A model generated the notes under the pieces. The model was not told the origin of the DNA, searched no databases, and saw only the letters and a list, made by a program, of their open reading frames with translations. Shown here in pieces: positions 1-8,815 of a DNA stretch of 64,000 nucleotides (positions are counted from its first letter, which is position 1; each line of letters begins with the position of its first letter). Made by a program: the position numbers and the translations under genes. Source of the DNA: a virus; the IMG/VR virus record IMGVR_UViG_3300044959_000131, positions 1 through 64,000 of that record; one strand, given 5' to 3'.

Positions 1-228
1 ACGGCCGAGGCTTTCAAGGCAGTATTGGAGGTTATGTTCCCATTCATTGGAAAGGCCAAAGACGACGGAGACAGGCAACTCATTGAGAAGATGCAACAGG
101 AAGTTAGAAAGGGTCCGCTCTTCTTCAGCCCAGTTGTTATGAATTCTTTGAGGAACGCCGTTAAGAAAGTCACAGTTGCAGACGACTTCAAACAGAAGCT
201 GAAGCAGCGAATCAAGAAGAGGGAATAA
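1..228 (+). CDS. hypothetical protein, 3' part (probably starts before the window)
   Basis: Frame is open from base 1; the TAA stop directly precedes the next ATG at 229. Confidence 0.6.
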   Translation, partial: TAEAFKAVLEVMFPFIGKAKDDGDRQLIEKMQQEVRKGPLFFSPVVMNSLRNAVKKVTVADDFKQKLKQRIKKRE

Positions 229-654
229 ATGAAATTGACCCTGAAGAGATTCTATCAAGCAGTCGATCTCGACAATCCAGACAAGGTTACGTACTACCTT
301 GTGCTCGTTACAGATGCTGGAAAGGAAGTTCTACTTCCTGTTCAGAAGGAGACGACTGAAGCGTTGGTACGTATGCTCTATGACAGAGGGCAAGAGGAGT
401 CAGAAGAAAGTAGCAACGAGTTAGAAAATGACTCTTCTGAAGACCAGAGTGAGGTTGGACACGAAGAGGAAGATGAATACCTCTCTGAAGAAACAGAATC
501 TGAAGAATTAGAAGAGGACGAGTTGGAGGGCGATGAATTGGATGATGACGATCTTGGTCCAGCAGCTTACGCTGCAAAACCGGCAATCGTTAGACGGGAA
601 GTGTCTAAGAATCCTCAAACCCCAATCTCTGAAGACGACATCCCGTCGCTATGA
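229..654 (+). CDS. hypothetical protein with long Asp/Glu-rich tract
   Basis: 141-aa ORF; ATGA overlap with the next gene. Confidence 0.75.
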   Translation: MKLTLKRFYQAVDLDNPDKVTYYLVLVTDAGKEVLLPVQKETTEALVRMLYDRGQEESEESSNELENDSSEDQSEVGHEEEDEYLSEETESEELEEDELEGDELDDDDLGPAAYAAKPAIVRREVSKNPQTPISEDDIPSL

Positions 655-1100
655 TCGTCAACTCACTTTGCAACTCCTGTCTTCAACCGTTTCTCCTCAT
701 CATTGAGCCGTCAGAAGTTCATCTCATCAAGGAAATTTCAGACGAACTAGGAGAGACGTGTCCATGTCCAAGACTATGTGGTGGCTCGATCAACCTTGTC
801 GGAGATCCAGTCATCAAGACAATGACGACGGACCGCAGGATGAAAGAGCCGATGACGGTAACAGGTCGTCAGCTTTACCAAGCAGTTCTTGGGATGGGCC
901 TTCCTGACGAAGTGCCAAAATCGATGGAGACGGTTGACTCGCTCCTCAGAGCGAACAAAATCGTGAAGACGCTCATAGAGGAGCATTCTGGAAAGTTGTA
1001 TCTTCATGAACTTCATCTGGAGAATGGTGTTGTCCTCCATCTAGCATCGGGTTTAAAGGGAGCTCAGGTTCTGAAGGTGACGAGGGCGATAAATGGCTGA
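651..1100 (+). CDS. hypothetical protein, N-terminal Zn-binding motif
   Basis: CNSC...CPCPRLC; coupled to neighbouring ORFs. Confidence 0.7.
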   Translation: MIVNSLCNSCLQPFLLIIEPSEVHLIKEISDELGETCPCPRLCGGSINLVGDPVIKTMTTDRRMKEPMTVTGRQLYQAVLGMGLPDEVPKSMETVDSLLRANKIVKTLIEEHSGKLYLHELHLENGVVLHLASGLKGAQVLKVTRAING

Positions 1101-1422
1101 CGACGTTCTTGCGGAGGCGCTGGCGAGGTTGGAGCACAAGGTAGATGCCATCATTCGGCATCTCAATGTCTCTACTCAGCCAATGCATTTCCCAGGTCAG
1201 GTGTGCCCAGCTTGCGGCTCCTTCATCGACTATCAAATCGACGTGACCAAAGGAGTTGTAGTTCGTCGGTGTAAATGCACGACAGGGAAAGTTCCACCGG
1301 TTATACCACTCATCCCTGTCCAAAAAGGAGTATCAAATGGCAATTCCACTTCAGGCAAAGACTCAGCAGAATCCATCCGAGAGGACCTTGCCGAGATCGG
1401 TACAAGCAGTAAAACTAGTTGA
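1093..1422 (+). CDS. hypothetical Zn-ribbon protein
   Basis: CPAC...CKC. Confidence 0.65.
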   Translation: MADDVLAEALARLEHKVDAIIRHLNVSTQPMHFPGQVCPACGSFIDYQIDVTKGVVVRRCKCTTGKVPPVIPLIPVQKGVSNGNSTSGKDSAESIREDLAEIGTSSKTS

Positions 1423-1603
1423 CCTAGCTCTCGTCTCGTATACGGACGACAGCGGCCTTCAGCATGTCCAGCTTGCCATTGTCGGCGACAACAACGTCAA
1501 CCTTATTAGCGGTCGACTTCTCGGTATATCGGATACGACCAATCAAGGTCCTGCGTCCGATTGGCTCAAGAAGGCTATCTTCGAAAAGCTCGGGAGGAAG
1601 TGA
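1337..1603 (+). CDS. hypothetical protein
   Basis: 88-aa ORF, GGAG upstream, abuts the groES-like gene. Confidence 0.55.
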   Translation: MAIPLQAKTQQNPSERTLPRSVQAVKLVDLALVSYTDDSGLQHVQLAIVGDNNVNLISGRLLGISDTTNQGPASDWLKKAIFEKLGRK

Positions 1604-1978
1604 ATGATGAACCCCGAAAAGGTTCTTCCACGTGAAAACTGGGTATTGGTACTCGATGACAAGAGGAAGAAAGAGACATCTGGAGGGATCGTACTTCCAG
1701 ATGAGGAAACGGGAATCGAAAAGGTAACAGAGGGGTCTGGAACTGTTATCAGAGTTGGCCGTGGGGAAAAGAATCATCGACTCGGTCTTGAAAATGGCGT
1801 CCGTGTCGTTTACCGCGCCTTCTTGAAGCACGCGCATCGACTGGATACCGATGAAACGTGGGATGATGGACAGCGGAAGCACTACTTCCTGATGAGCTCA
1901 GATGATATTCTCGCTGTCATTGCGCCTGGTGTGAGTGTCGGCGTGTTCTCTGGACGTCCTCAAGTTCGAGAGAAATAA
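1604..1978 (+). CDS. groES: GroES/Cpn10-like co-chaperonin
   Basis: PRENWVLV...ETSGGIVLP...GTVIRVGRG...GVRVVY resembles the Cpn10 signature and mobile loop. Confidence 0.8.
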   Translation: MMNPEKVLPRENWVLVLDDKRKKETSGGIVLPDEETGIEKVTEGSGTVIRVGRGEKNHRLGLENGVRVVYRAFLKHAHRLDTDETWDDGQRKHYFLMSSDDILAVIAPGVSVGVFSGRPQVREK

Positions 1979-1998
1979 TATAATGAGGAGGATCGAAT

Positions 1999-2460
1999 AT
2001 GGCTTGGTTCGCCATTGACCTGGACGGCACTCTCGTTTCAAAGGAACTTGACCCGATGACAGGTCAAGAAGTTACGGTCCCTATCGAAGGGGCAGTCGAA
2101 GCAATGCATGAGCTTGCAGCAGCTGGGCATCGATTGACGGTATTCACAGCCCGCTTTGCACCAATGCCTGCTTCAAGAAGAAACGAACTGAAACAATCAA
2201 TCGAGGCAGAACTACGTGGTCTTGGATTCCCAGAGATGGAGGTCTGGACTGGTACGACAAAGCCGGATGCCGATATCTTCATCGGTGACAACAATGTCAC
2301 TTTCGACGGAGACTGGGGTCTAGCACTAGCTCAGGCTCAAACGATGCTTGAAGAGCGCGGCCTTGTCGATATTCCACCAGACGACGGGTTGATGCCAGAC
2401 GAGGTTGAGCAGGAGTATGATCCTAATTTGGCGATGGCCCCGCCGGAGGAAATTCAATGA
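1999..2460 (+). CDS. HAD-superfamily phosphatase-like protein
   Basis: N-terminal DLDGT motif, LTVFTAR, KP..DIFIGD. Confidence 0.75.
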   Translation: MAWFAIDLDGTLVSKELDPMTGQEVTVPIEGAVEAMHELAAAGHRLTVFTARFAPMPASRRNELKQSIEAELRGLGFPEMEVWTGTTKPDADIFIGDNNVTFDGDWGLALAQAQTMLEERGLVDIPPDDGLMPDEVEQEYDPNLAMAPPEEIQ

Positions 2461-3005
2461 ATCCTACGATGAGGGAAACTCGAGCCTGGATCGAGGTGAC
2501 TCCAGACCTCATCAACACTCCCGAGAATCGATCTGCAGAGAACTACATTCGCACCTTGAAGCAGTTCGAAGTCGAAACAAATCCAAGATACGTTCGAGGA
2601 CGTGCCAATGGTCAGGAGACCTACTGCAACATCTTCCTCTGGGATGCTACCAAAGCAATGAGTTGCGAAGTGCCGCACTGGGTTGATCCGTCAACTGGTG
2701 TCAAGGTTCCGGTAGGAAAGGGCAAGGAACTATCTGCAAACGGCGTTTGTGACTGGTTCACAACTCATGGCCTCAAGTTCGGCTGGATGATGTGTGGACG
2801 GAAGAAGGCGATGGAACGAGCGACAAGAGGGTTCCCAACTGTCGTTCTTTGGAAGAATCCGCGAGGAATTGGACACGTAGCTATGGTTCTGCCTGGGATG
2901 GACTTCACACACATTGCTCAAGCTGGGGCCATTAACTTCTTCGATGACAGATTGGAGAAGGGGTTCGGACAAGTTGGACCATTGATGTTCTACACGCACG
3001 ACTGA
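2457..3005 (+). CDS. CHAP/NlpC-P60-like cysteine hydrolase (putative peptidoglycan hydrolase)
   Basis: TYCNIF...ANGVCDW...GHVAMV...IAQAG: Cys/His arrangement of papain-like amidases. Confidence 0.6.
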   Translation: MNPTMRETRAWIEVTPDLINTPENRSAENYIRTLKQFEVETNPRYVRGRANGQETYCNIFLWDATKAMSCEVPHWVDPSTGVKVPVGKGKELSANGVCDWFTTHGLKFGWMMCGRKKAMERATRGFPTVVLWKNPRGIGHVAMVLPGMDFTHIAQAGAINFFDDRLEKGFGQVGPLMFYTHD

Positions 3006-3012
3006 TAAAGAC

Positions 3013-3570
3013 ATGACAACGAGGCCAGCTTCAATAGGGGATTCAAGGACGCCGCTGAAGCGTATTCAGGAATTTTTCGAATTACCTGACACACGAGCTG
3101 GTGTTGTTGCTAAGTTCGAGAAAATACTCGAATCCGGAGGCGTCCAGAAAGTCGTCATTGAGGTCGGACGTCCTATCAGAGTTGAAAGGCTAGTCAGGGC
3201 ATCAGACGCGCCAGATGTCGAAGAGCTTCGAGATGATGATTGGCTGAATGCTGTTCGAAATAACGAACTCCAAGAACTCGATCCAACAGGTGCAAACCCA
3301 TACGTATACCTATTTAGGGCGTTCCATCTCCTGAGTCAAAAGCGCCTCAAGGCGCGAATCATTCTCATCCACAGTACAAAAGAGCTCAAAGAATGGATGG
3401 GTCTAGACTCGTTTATTGATGTCAGGGAGCTGTTTGGAGTCGAGGTTCGAGAGCATCCAGACGTACCGGACCAGACCGCCATCCTCATCTCTTCCAATCC
3501 TGATGAAGTCGATGTGCCAGTGTTTAGTCTGAAGCTGGTGTTCGATAAAGCGACTGGAGATAAGAAATGA
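3013..3570 (+). CDS. hypothetical protein
   Basis: 185-aa ORF in the operon. Confidence 0.7.
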   Translation: MTTRPASIGDSRTPLKRIQEFFELPDTRAGVVAKFEKILESGGVQKVVIEVGRPIRVERLVRASDAPDVEELRDDDWLNAVRNNELQELDPTGANPYVYLFRAFHLLSQKRLKARIILIHSTKELKEWMGLDSFIDVRELFGVEVREHPDVPDQTAILISSNPDEVDVPVFSLKLVFDKATGDKK

Positions 3571-4031
3571 AACCGATTGTCGAGAAAGTTCTGAAGAGCG
3601 GAATCGTAGACCGTGGAATGGTCGAGCTCCTAGAAAGGTGGGGAAACCTTCCTGAGGGTTCCGTGGAGCTTTTGAATAACGAAACACTCAAGAATGCAAC
3701 GCGGGAACAGCTCCAGAAGTTTGCCGAGGACTTGGCGAACGAGGTGTCAAAGGCTCATGATATGAGGGAGACCAACCTTGACTTGGACCGCCTCCGGTGG
3801 CCGGTCGAGGTATCTGTGCTCGACCAGTACAAATCCTGTATTGCCGACAAGGTGACGGCCGTCATCGACCGTATGGGCCGGTACTTCTTTAGAGTTCAAG
3901 ACGTCAAGAAAGAGTGGTTCACACCTGGCTTCACAATTGTTCGTGGTAACTCGAAGGAGACGATTCTAGAGTCGGACACACTGTTTATTGGGTCGGACGC
4001 GGTCGCAATCCAAGTGACAACTAGGGCTTGA
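3567..4031 (+). CDS. hypothetical protein
   Basis: 154-aa ORF, ATGA overlap. Confidence 0.7.
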   Translation: MKPIVEKVLKSGIVDRGMVELLERWGNLPEGSVELLNNETLKNATREQLQKFAEDLANEVSKAHDMRETNLDLDRLRWPVEVSVLDQYKSCIADKVTAVIDRMGRYFFRVQDVKKEWFTPGFTIVRGNSKETILESDTLFIGSDAVAIQVTTRA

Positions 4032-4055
4032 CAACGTCGAACACCGTTATACACT
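4028..4055 (+). promoter_or_regulatory. sigma70-type promoter (leaderless transcript likely)
   Basis: TTGACA (4028-4033), 16-nt spacer, TACACT (4050-4055), 7 nt before ATG 4063. Confidence 0.65.
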
Positions 4056-4062
4056 ACCCGTC

Positions 4063-4257
4063 ATGAGCAAGGCGAAGAGCGTTCTTAGGGCGTTCCGCAT
4101 CGAGGAGGACCTCGATAAGCGCCTCAAGAAGATGTCCGAGAGGCTCAACGTGACGAGCTCATGGCTCATCCGGGATTACATCTGGAAGGGCCTTACTAAA
4201 GACGAGGAGGGTGTTCGAAATGGCTCAGTGCGAGAAGTGCGGGACCGGCGGTCATGA
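4063..4257 (+). CDS. ribbon-helix-helix (CopG/Arc-like) DNA-binding protein
   Basis: RAFRIEEDLDKRLKKMSERLNVTSSWLIRDYI fits the RHH pattern. Confidence 0.75.
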   Translation: MSKAKSVLRAFRIEEDLDKRLKKMSERLNVTSSWLIRDYIWKGLTKDEEGVRNGSVREVRDRRS

Positions 4258-4558
4258 CATGCGCGAAATGGGGATTGGTCAGGATGACCAAGGAAGGCAG
4301 ATCTTCGTCGGGCCATGCTGCGTGAGGGCAGATACGAGAAAGCTGGACCAGACGGAGCTTCACTACGGCCTTGAAATATCGTCCCACATGGGAATCAAGG
4401 CGTACGTCTCATATGGTGGACTGACCATCGAATTCAAAAAGACAGCGGAGGACATAAGGAAATGGATCCAAGAGTCGGAGAGGAAGAGGGAGAGGTCGGA
4501 CGAGGAGAGGAGTGGGACTCAGGACAAGATGATGGTGAAGAATCATGGCTTGAACTGA
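4220..4558 (+). CDS. hypothetical protein with CxxC...CC motif
   Basis: GAGGAGG SD 9 nt before ATG 4220; CEKC...GPCC. Confidence 0.65.
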   Translation: MAQCEKCGTGGHDMREMGIGQDDQGRQIFVGPCCVRADTRKLDQTELHYGLEISSHMGIKAYVSYGGLTIEFKKTAEDIRKWIQESERKRERSDEERSGTQDKMMVKNHGLN

Positions 4559-4734
4559 CCTCCCCTGAGGACCTGTCGTCCGCTCCCAAAGATGACCTCA
4601 TAAGCGGTCTCTTTGGATTCAATCCGTCGGACGTGGAAGCCGGAAGCCCTTCATGGGCGGACAATTTCCGACAGGAGTACTGGCAGGAGTACTGGAATGA
4701 AAATGACTCGGGAGGATCTCAAGGCGGAGATTGA
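4462..4734 (+). CDS. possible small acidic protein overlapping both neighbours
   Basis: GGAGG/AAGGA upstream; very D/E-rich; fills an otherwise empty 140-nt gap. Confidence 0.4.
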   Translation: MDPRVGEEEGEVGRGEEWDSGQDDGEESWLELTSPEDLSSAPKDDLISGLFGFNPSDVEAGSPSWADNFRQEYWQEYWNENDSGGSQGGD

Positions 4735-4990
4735 AGAGAAGAAACTTGATCTAGACGCCTTTTTGAGAGCCCGTGACATCATCAGGGCCAGGGTCATTGA
4801 AGTCGCTGACTCTGGATGTAAGCTGACACCGCTGCCAAACTGGTCTGGCACAGATGCTGTTCTTGGCTCTCTGGACCTATCTATCCATGCCATGGAGCGG
4901 ACAATTGAAGAGCTCCAAAGATGGCTTAAGGCCGTCGAAGACGAAGGTCCGAATCTCAAGTTGGTGACGAATGAAGAAACGGAAGAATGA
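4697..4990 (+). CDS. hypothetical coiled-coil protein
   Basis: Start refined to ATG 4697 behind AGGAG. Confidence 0.65.
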   Translation: MKMTREDLKAEIEEKKLDLDAFLRARDIIRARVIEVADSGCKLTPLPNWSGTDAVLGSLDLSIHAMERTIEELQRWLKAVEDEGPNLKLVTNEETEE

Positions 4991-5537
4991 AGACCTCGTC
5001 AGGGACGCACTCCTTGAGTCGGCTCTTGTCACGCCGATTTCCTCAGAAAGGACATATTCAGGATGGGAGTTCCTGTGCCGACAAGTCCCAGGTCAGGAGA
5101 GAGCTTGGCTTGCCTGTGTAGAGGATCTTCTTCGATGGTCTCAGGGCGCTCTCTCAGATTCTGAGGAATTGTTGATTGCCAGGAAGTATCTTATCAAGGA
5201 CGACCGTATGGTCTACGGTTGGCTCATCCGTCTGAAGGCTAAAAGCGCTCAGAACGCTTCGAACCTCACTGACTCGTTCATTTCGATCCTCAAGAAGAAA
5301 GCCTCATCGATTACTTCGGTATCCGCTCCTTCGAGATCATCTCATATGAACGCAACAATTCCTCAAATCAAGCTCGTCTCGAAGACCACAGATGAGGAAG
5401 GTCGACTCATTGAGGTTACCGAGATGCCACTTCCTCATGTGAGCCGAGATTTGAACGTTCCGAGCAAGCCAATCTGGAGTCCGGAGCATGGTCGATACAT
5501 CGGCGGCGGAAAAGGAGCAAAGCCGACTGGAGGATAA
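4971..5537 (+). CDS. hypothetical protein
   Basis: 188-aa ORF. Confidence 0.7.
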   Translation: MKKRKNEDLVRDALLESALVTPISSERTYSGWEFLCRQVPGQERAWLACVEDLLRWSQGALSDSEELLIARKYLIKDDRMVYGWLIRLKAKSAQNASNLTDSFISILKKKASSITSVSAPSRSSHMNATIPQIKLVSKTTDEEGRLIEVTEMPLPHVSRDLNVPSKPIWSPEHGRYIGGGKGAKPTGG

Positions 5538-6209
5538 ATGTTCAAACAGGTAAAGCCTGAGATGCAGCTCATCTCCGAAGCCCACCCAGACTTCGATAAG
5601 ATAGCGGACCCTAGAGTATTGGCTGCTGTAGAGAGGGCGCGGAGGACGGCAAACATATCCTCAGAGCAGGCAGAGAAGAACATCGGCTCTACTCCAGAAA
5701 TTCGAGCCAAGTACAAGATTGAAGTGATGTTCGAGAAAGGCCGTACATCGGCCGGTCCAAACCTCTGTGGAATTCAGATTTGGGAATCTGGAAAGAAGTT
5801 CCACGGAGGTGGGGACGAGCTGATGTACTGGTGCATGGATACGGAATCGAATCAGGGATGTAAGGGTCCTATACCAAGTGACCTCATAAAAGGCCCAGTC
5901 GCCGTATGCCCAAACTGCAACCGGGCCATCAGAATGGACCGAGCGGCCAATATGAGGATTTTGAGGGTTCCGACGAAGGTATTGGCTGCCGAGCTTGTAA
6001 AAATCTTCCGCTCACTCGATTCCAATGCGGATTTGTACTTGAAGTTCCACAAGACCGACGTTCGTTACATTGCTATGGAGAGGGCTAAAGGTCCAGACGT
6101 CGCTCGCAGGCTCAAAGGGATGCATATCTACCCACTCAAGAACATCTTGAAGGATACTGCGAATGGATCTGATCTTGGATCTAGGTTCCTAGCGTTTCTG
6201 ACATCTTAG
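5538..6209 (+). CDS. hypothetical protein with Zn-ribbon motif
   Basis: GGAGG SD; WCMD...GC...CPNC. Confidence 0.75.
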   Translation: MFKQVKPEMQLISEAHPDFDKIADPRVLAAVERARRTANISSEQAEKNIGSTPEIRAKYKIEVMFEKGRTSAGPNLCGIQIWESGKKFHGGGDELMYWCMDTESNQGCKGPIPSDLIKGPVAVCPNCNRAIRMDRAANMRILRVPTKVLAAELVKIFRSLDSNADLYLKFHKTDVRYIAMERAKGPDVARRLKGMHIYPLKNILKDTANGSDLGSRFLAFLTS

Positions 6210-6256
6210 ACATCTAGCCATTCTCGAACGCCTCCTTCCATCCTTTCAGGGACTTA

Positions 6257-6883
6257 TTGGAGAGCGACGTGACTGATATTGAGAAAAGGGCTGCGCCTCC
6301 AAAGTCAGAAGCCATTGCGAACGCTCGGAAGGCTCTAACAGACCGTGCCGTAGAAGCATTCATCGGCATGGATCGTCAGATTTTGAGAAACATGGCTCAG
6401 GAGGCGCTGTTCAAAATGAAGCCTCCGTATCGAATAGTCGTCTGTGGAGGAGCAGGTTCTGCAAAGACGACGTTCTCTGAGGAGCTCGGCAAGATTCTCG
6501 AAATCCCAACCTTCGACCTCGATCAATACATACCTGGTGGATGGGTCGAGGATGAGAAGGTATATCGAAGAGCGTTCTCGGAAGGGCTAAACAATCTTTG
6601 GAATGACGTCCCCGTTGAAAAGGAATGGATCATCGAGCACGTCGAAGCGGCCGGACCAGAAGTAAGAGACCTCTTCCATCCGAAATGGGCCATTCATCTC
6701 CATCCAGGAGTTTCACAGCTTCGGGCGATTGCAAAACTCCGTGAAATCTTTTCTGGTGAAAGTTCTGGGTCACGGGAGATAAGAGCACTTTCCAGTGACA
6801 AGATTTCCATGTCACAATTCCGAGATGCACCGGGAAGGGTCGTTTCGGAGGGTTATGGCTGGACGCTGAAGGAGCTCAGATGA
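6257..6883 (+). CDS. P-loop nucleotide kinase-like protein
   Basis: IVVCGGAGSAKTT Walker A, then DLD and WIIE motifs of the adenylate/nucleoside kinase fold. Confidence 0.7.
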   Translation: MESDVTDIEKRAAPPKSEAIANARKALTDRAVEAFIGMDRQILRNMAQEALFKMKPPYRIVVCGGAGSAKTTFSEELGKILEIPTFDLDQYIPGGWVEDEKVYRRAFSEGLNNLWNDVPVEKEWIIEHVEAAGPEVRDLFHPKWAIHLHPGVSQLRAIAKLREIFSGESSGSREIRALSSDKISMSQFRDAPGRVVSEGYGWTLKELR

Positions 6884-7761
6884 ATCTCCAAATGCTTAAG
6901 AGCTTCCGTATGGAGCTCGAGAAGATTGCTGCTACACGAGCCCTGAAGGAAATAAGAAGGCTTATACGTTTTGGAAGACTGGCTGAGGCTGACGCTCTCG
7001 CGAGACGTCCAGGTGTCCTCAAACCTACTTTCCTTGGTCATCAAATCCACGATCTCGGTGCTGGCGCTGAAGGTGTCGCAACTCTTACAGCTGGTGGGAC
7101 AGCCCACGGAGGAGGTCTTGGTGTTCAGAAGATTTACCAACCTAAAGGCTTGTCCTCACAAGAGATGATTGCTAGGAAAGAGCAGGCCGGAATGGCTCTC
7201 CGATCCAACCCAATATTTGCTCAATTCCGTGGCTCCCAACAAGGTGTCGGAGGAACGACTGCCCACGCGATGGAATTCGTGCGCGGTAAAGCACCGGAGG
7301 TCTCTCCGCAAACCTATGCCCAAATACGAGCAGCTCGTAGAGGAGTTGTAAAAGGGATGAGGCAGGCAGGTTTTGTTGGAGCGGCGGATGTGCGTCCAGA
7401 AAATATGATTCAGACACCATCCGGGCAAGTTAAAGTCATCGACTATATGCCTATACGGAGAGGGGAGTTTGAATCTGGAAACGTAAGATCGAGTATCAGT
7501 AAGGAGTTGCAGTCTAAGGGTCTTGATCCACTTACCAAGGACGTACTCACCCAAACTCCAGGTACAAATCTCTTACGAGAGAAAATCGAGAAGTACTCTC
7601 CTGGTCAGCTTAAAGCGCTGCATTTCCGAGGAGTCCAACCCAAGACGCAAATTGCTAATAGGCCTATCTCTAAACCAGTAGGAAATCCGACTCGCTCGGA
7701 CAAGATCGTGAAAAATCCATCTCATGTCCCTACGAGACCAATGAGACCATCTGTCTTGTGA
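6880..7761 (+). CDS. Hanks-type Ser/Thr protein kinase-like protein
   Basis: LGAGAEGVA G-loop, VQKIY lysine, MEFV hinge, DVRPENM catalytic loop, VIDY metal-binding loop. Confidence 0.75.
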   Translation: MNLQMLKSFRMELEKIAATRALKEIRRLIRFGRLAEADALARRPGVLKPTFLGHQIHDLGAGAEGVATLTAGGTAHGGGLGVQKIYQPKGLSSQEMIARKEQAGMALRSNPIFAQFRGSQQGVGGTTAHAMEFVRGKAPEVSPQTYAQIRAARRGVVKGMRQAGFVGAADVRPENMIQTPSGQVKVIDYMPIRRGEFESGNVRSSISKELQSKGLDPLTKDVLTQTPGTNLLREKIEKYSPGQLKALHFRGVQPKTQIANRPISKPVGNPTRSDKIVKNPSHVPTRPMRPSVL

Positions 7762-7900
7762 GCTAATAACATGCGCCAGCACTCATCATCCCATCGTGGG
7801 CCTGTCACCAGTGCTGACTGTCACTCCGATCCAGAGGTGGCCACGTGTCCCAGAATGACAACTGTTTCTTTTCCTTCTTGTACCCTCTTTTTGAGGTATT

Positions 7901-8212
7901 TTGATGCCGACATTTTCTGAACTTCATGAAAAGTTGCTGGCGGCCAAGAACCGGCGTCTTGTCTTACTTCACATCGCCGACCTCATTGAAGGGGAATTTC
8001 TGTCACACAATCCAGAGTCTCGGCCTAAGAGGCTTCTTCTGAACGAAGATAAGGTCCCGGTCCCACAGACCGCATTCGATGAAGTCGTAGAGAGTATCCT
8101 CAAGGAAGTTCAGGAACTGGACAAGCACATTCAGCAAATTCTTCAATCGACCTTGCAGGACCACAAGGTAGATGGTACTCAAGACGCTCAAAAGGAAGAG
8201 AACCATGAGTGA
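7901..8212 (+). CDS. hypothetical protein
   Basis: 103-aa ORF, GAGG upstream. Confidence 0.7.
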   Translation: MMPTFSELHEKLLAAKNRRLVLLHIADLIEGEFLSHNPESRPKRLLLNEDKVPVPQTAFDEVVESILKEVQELDKHIQQILQSTLQDHKVDGTQDAQKEENHE

Positions 8213-8786
8213 AGGTAACGGTGCAAACGGAGCAGTGACACGTGTCGAGGAAGATGTCAAACAAATGGCATCAGCGAAGAAGATGTCGAAAATCGACATC
8301 AAGCGAATGCAGGCACGTGAAGAACGTCGTCGACGTCTAATCAACAGAGGCGTTCCAGAGGACAAAGTGGACGCCGTAATGGAAGCCGAGGACTACAAGA
8401 ATCTACCAATCGATAAGAGACTCGACCGTTTCGAGCACATCGTATCTCAGGCCCTGCAGGGCTTGCAGATGGACATATTGGCCCTTCGACATAACGATGG
8501 CGTTATTGCTGAAGCCATGGACATCAATCTCAAGGCGATGTCCAGAGCCCTCGAGAAAGCTGGCGTCTCAAAGGAGGTACAGGGCGACATCATCCGCGAG
8601 GTCGAGAAGGAGATTCGCGAGGAGCAAGAGAAGAGGGCGCGAGCTGAGCAGGAAGCCCTTCGTCTAGCCGCAGATCGGTCCGAGATGGAGCGTATTGCGG
8701 CCGAGATAAACGACAATACATCATCGTCTTCGGACGAAGCTCCTGCCGTAGAGATCCCAGAAGGCGCAACAGTGTTTGGGGGCTAA
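8205..8786 (+). CDS. hypothetical coiled-coil protein
   Basis: Start refined to ATG 8205; charged and helical. Confidence 0.7.
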   Translation: MSEGNGANGAVTRVEEDVKQMASAKKMSKIDIKRMQAREERRRRLINRGVPEDKVDAVMEAEDYKNLPIDKRLDRFEHIVSQALQGLQMDILALRHNDGVIAEAMDINLKAMSRALEKAGVSKEVQGDIIREVEKEIREEQEKRARAEQEALRLAADRSEMERIAAEINDNTSSSSDEAPAVEIPEGATVFGG

Positions 8787-8812
8787 AAAAGGGGCCGAGG
8801 CAGCCCCTTCTT
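8785..8812. terminator. bidirectional intrinsic terminator between convergent genes
   Basis: AAGGGGC-7nt-GCCCCTT stem, A-run on the left, TTCTT on the right. Confidence 0.8.
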
Positions 8813-8815
8813 GAC

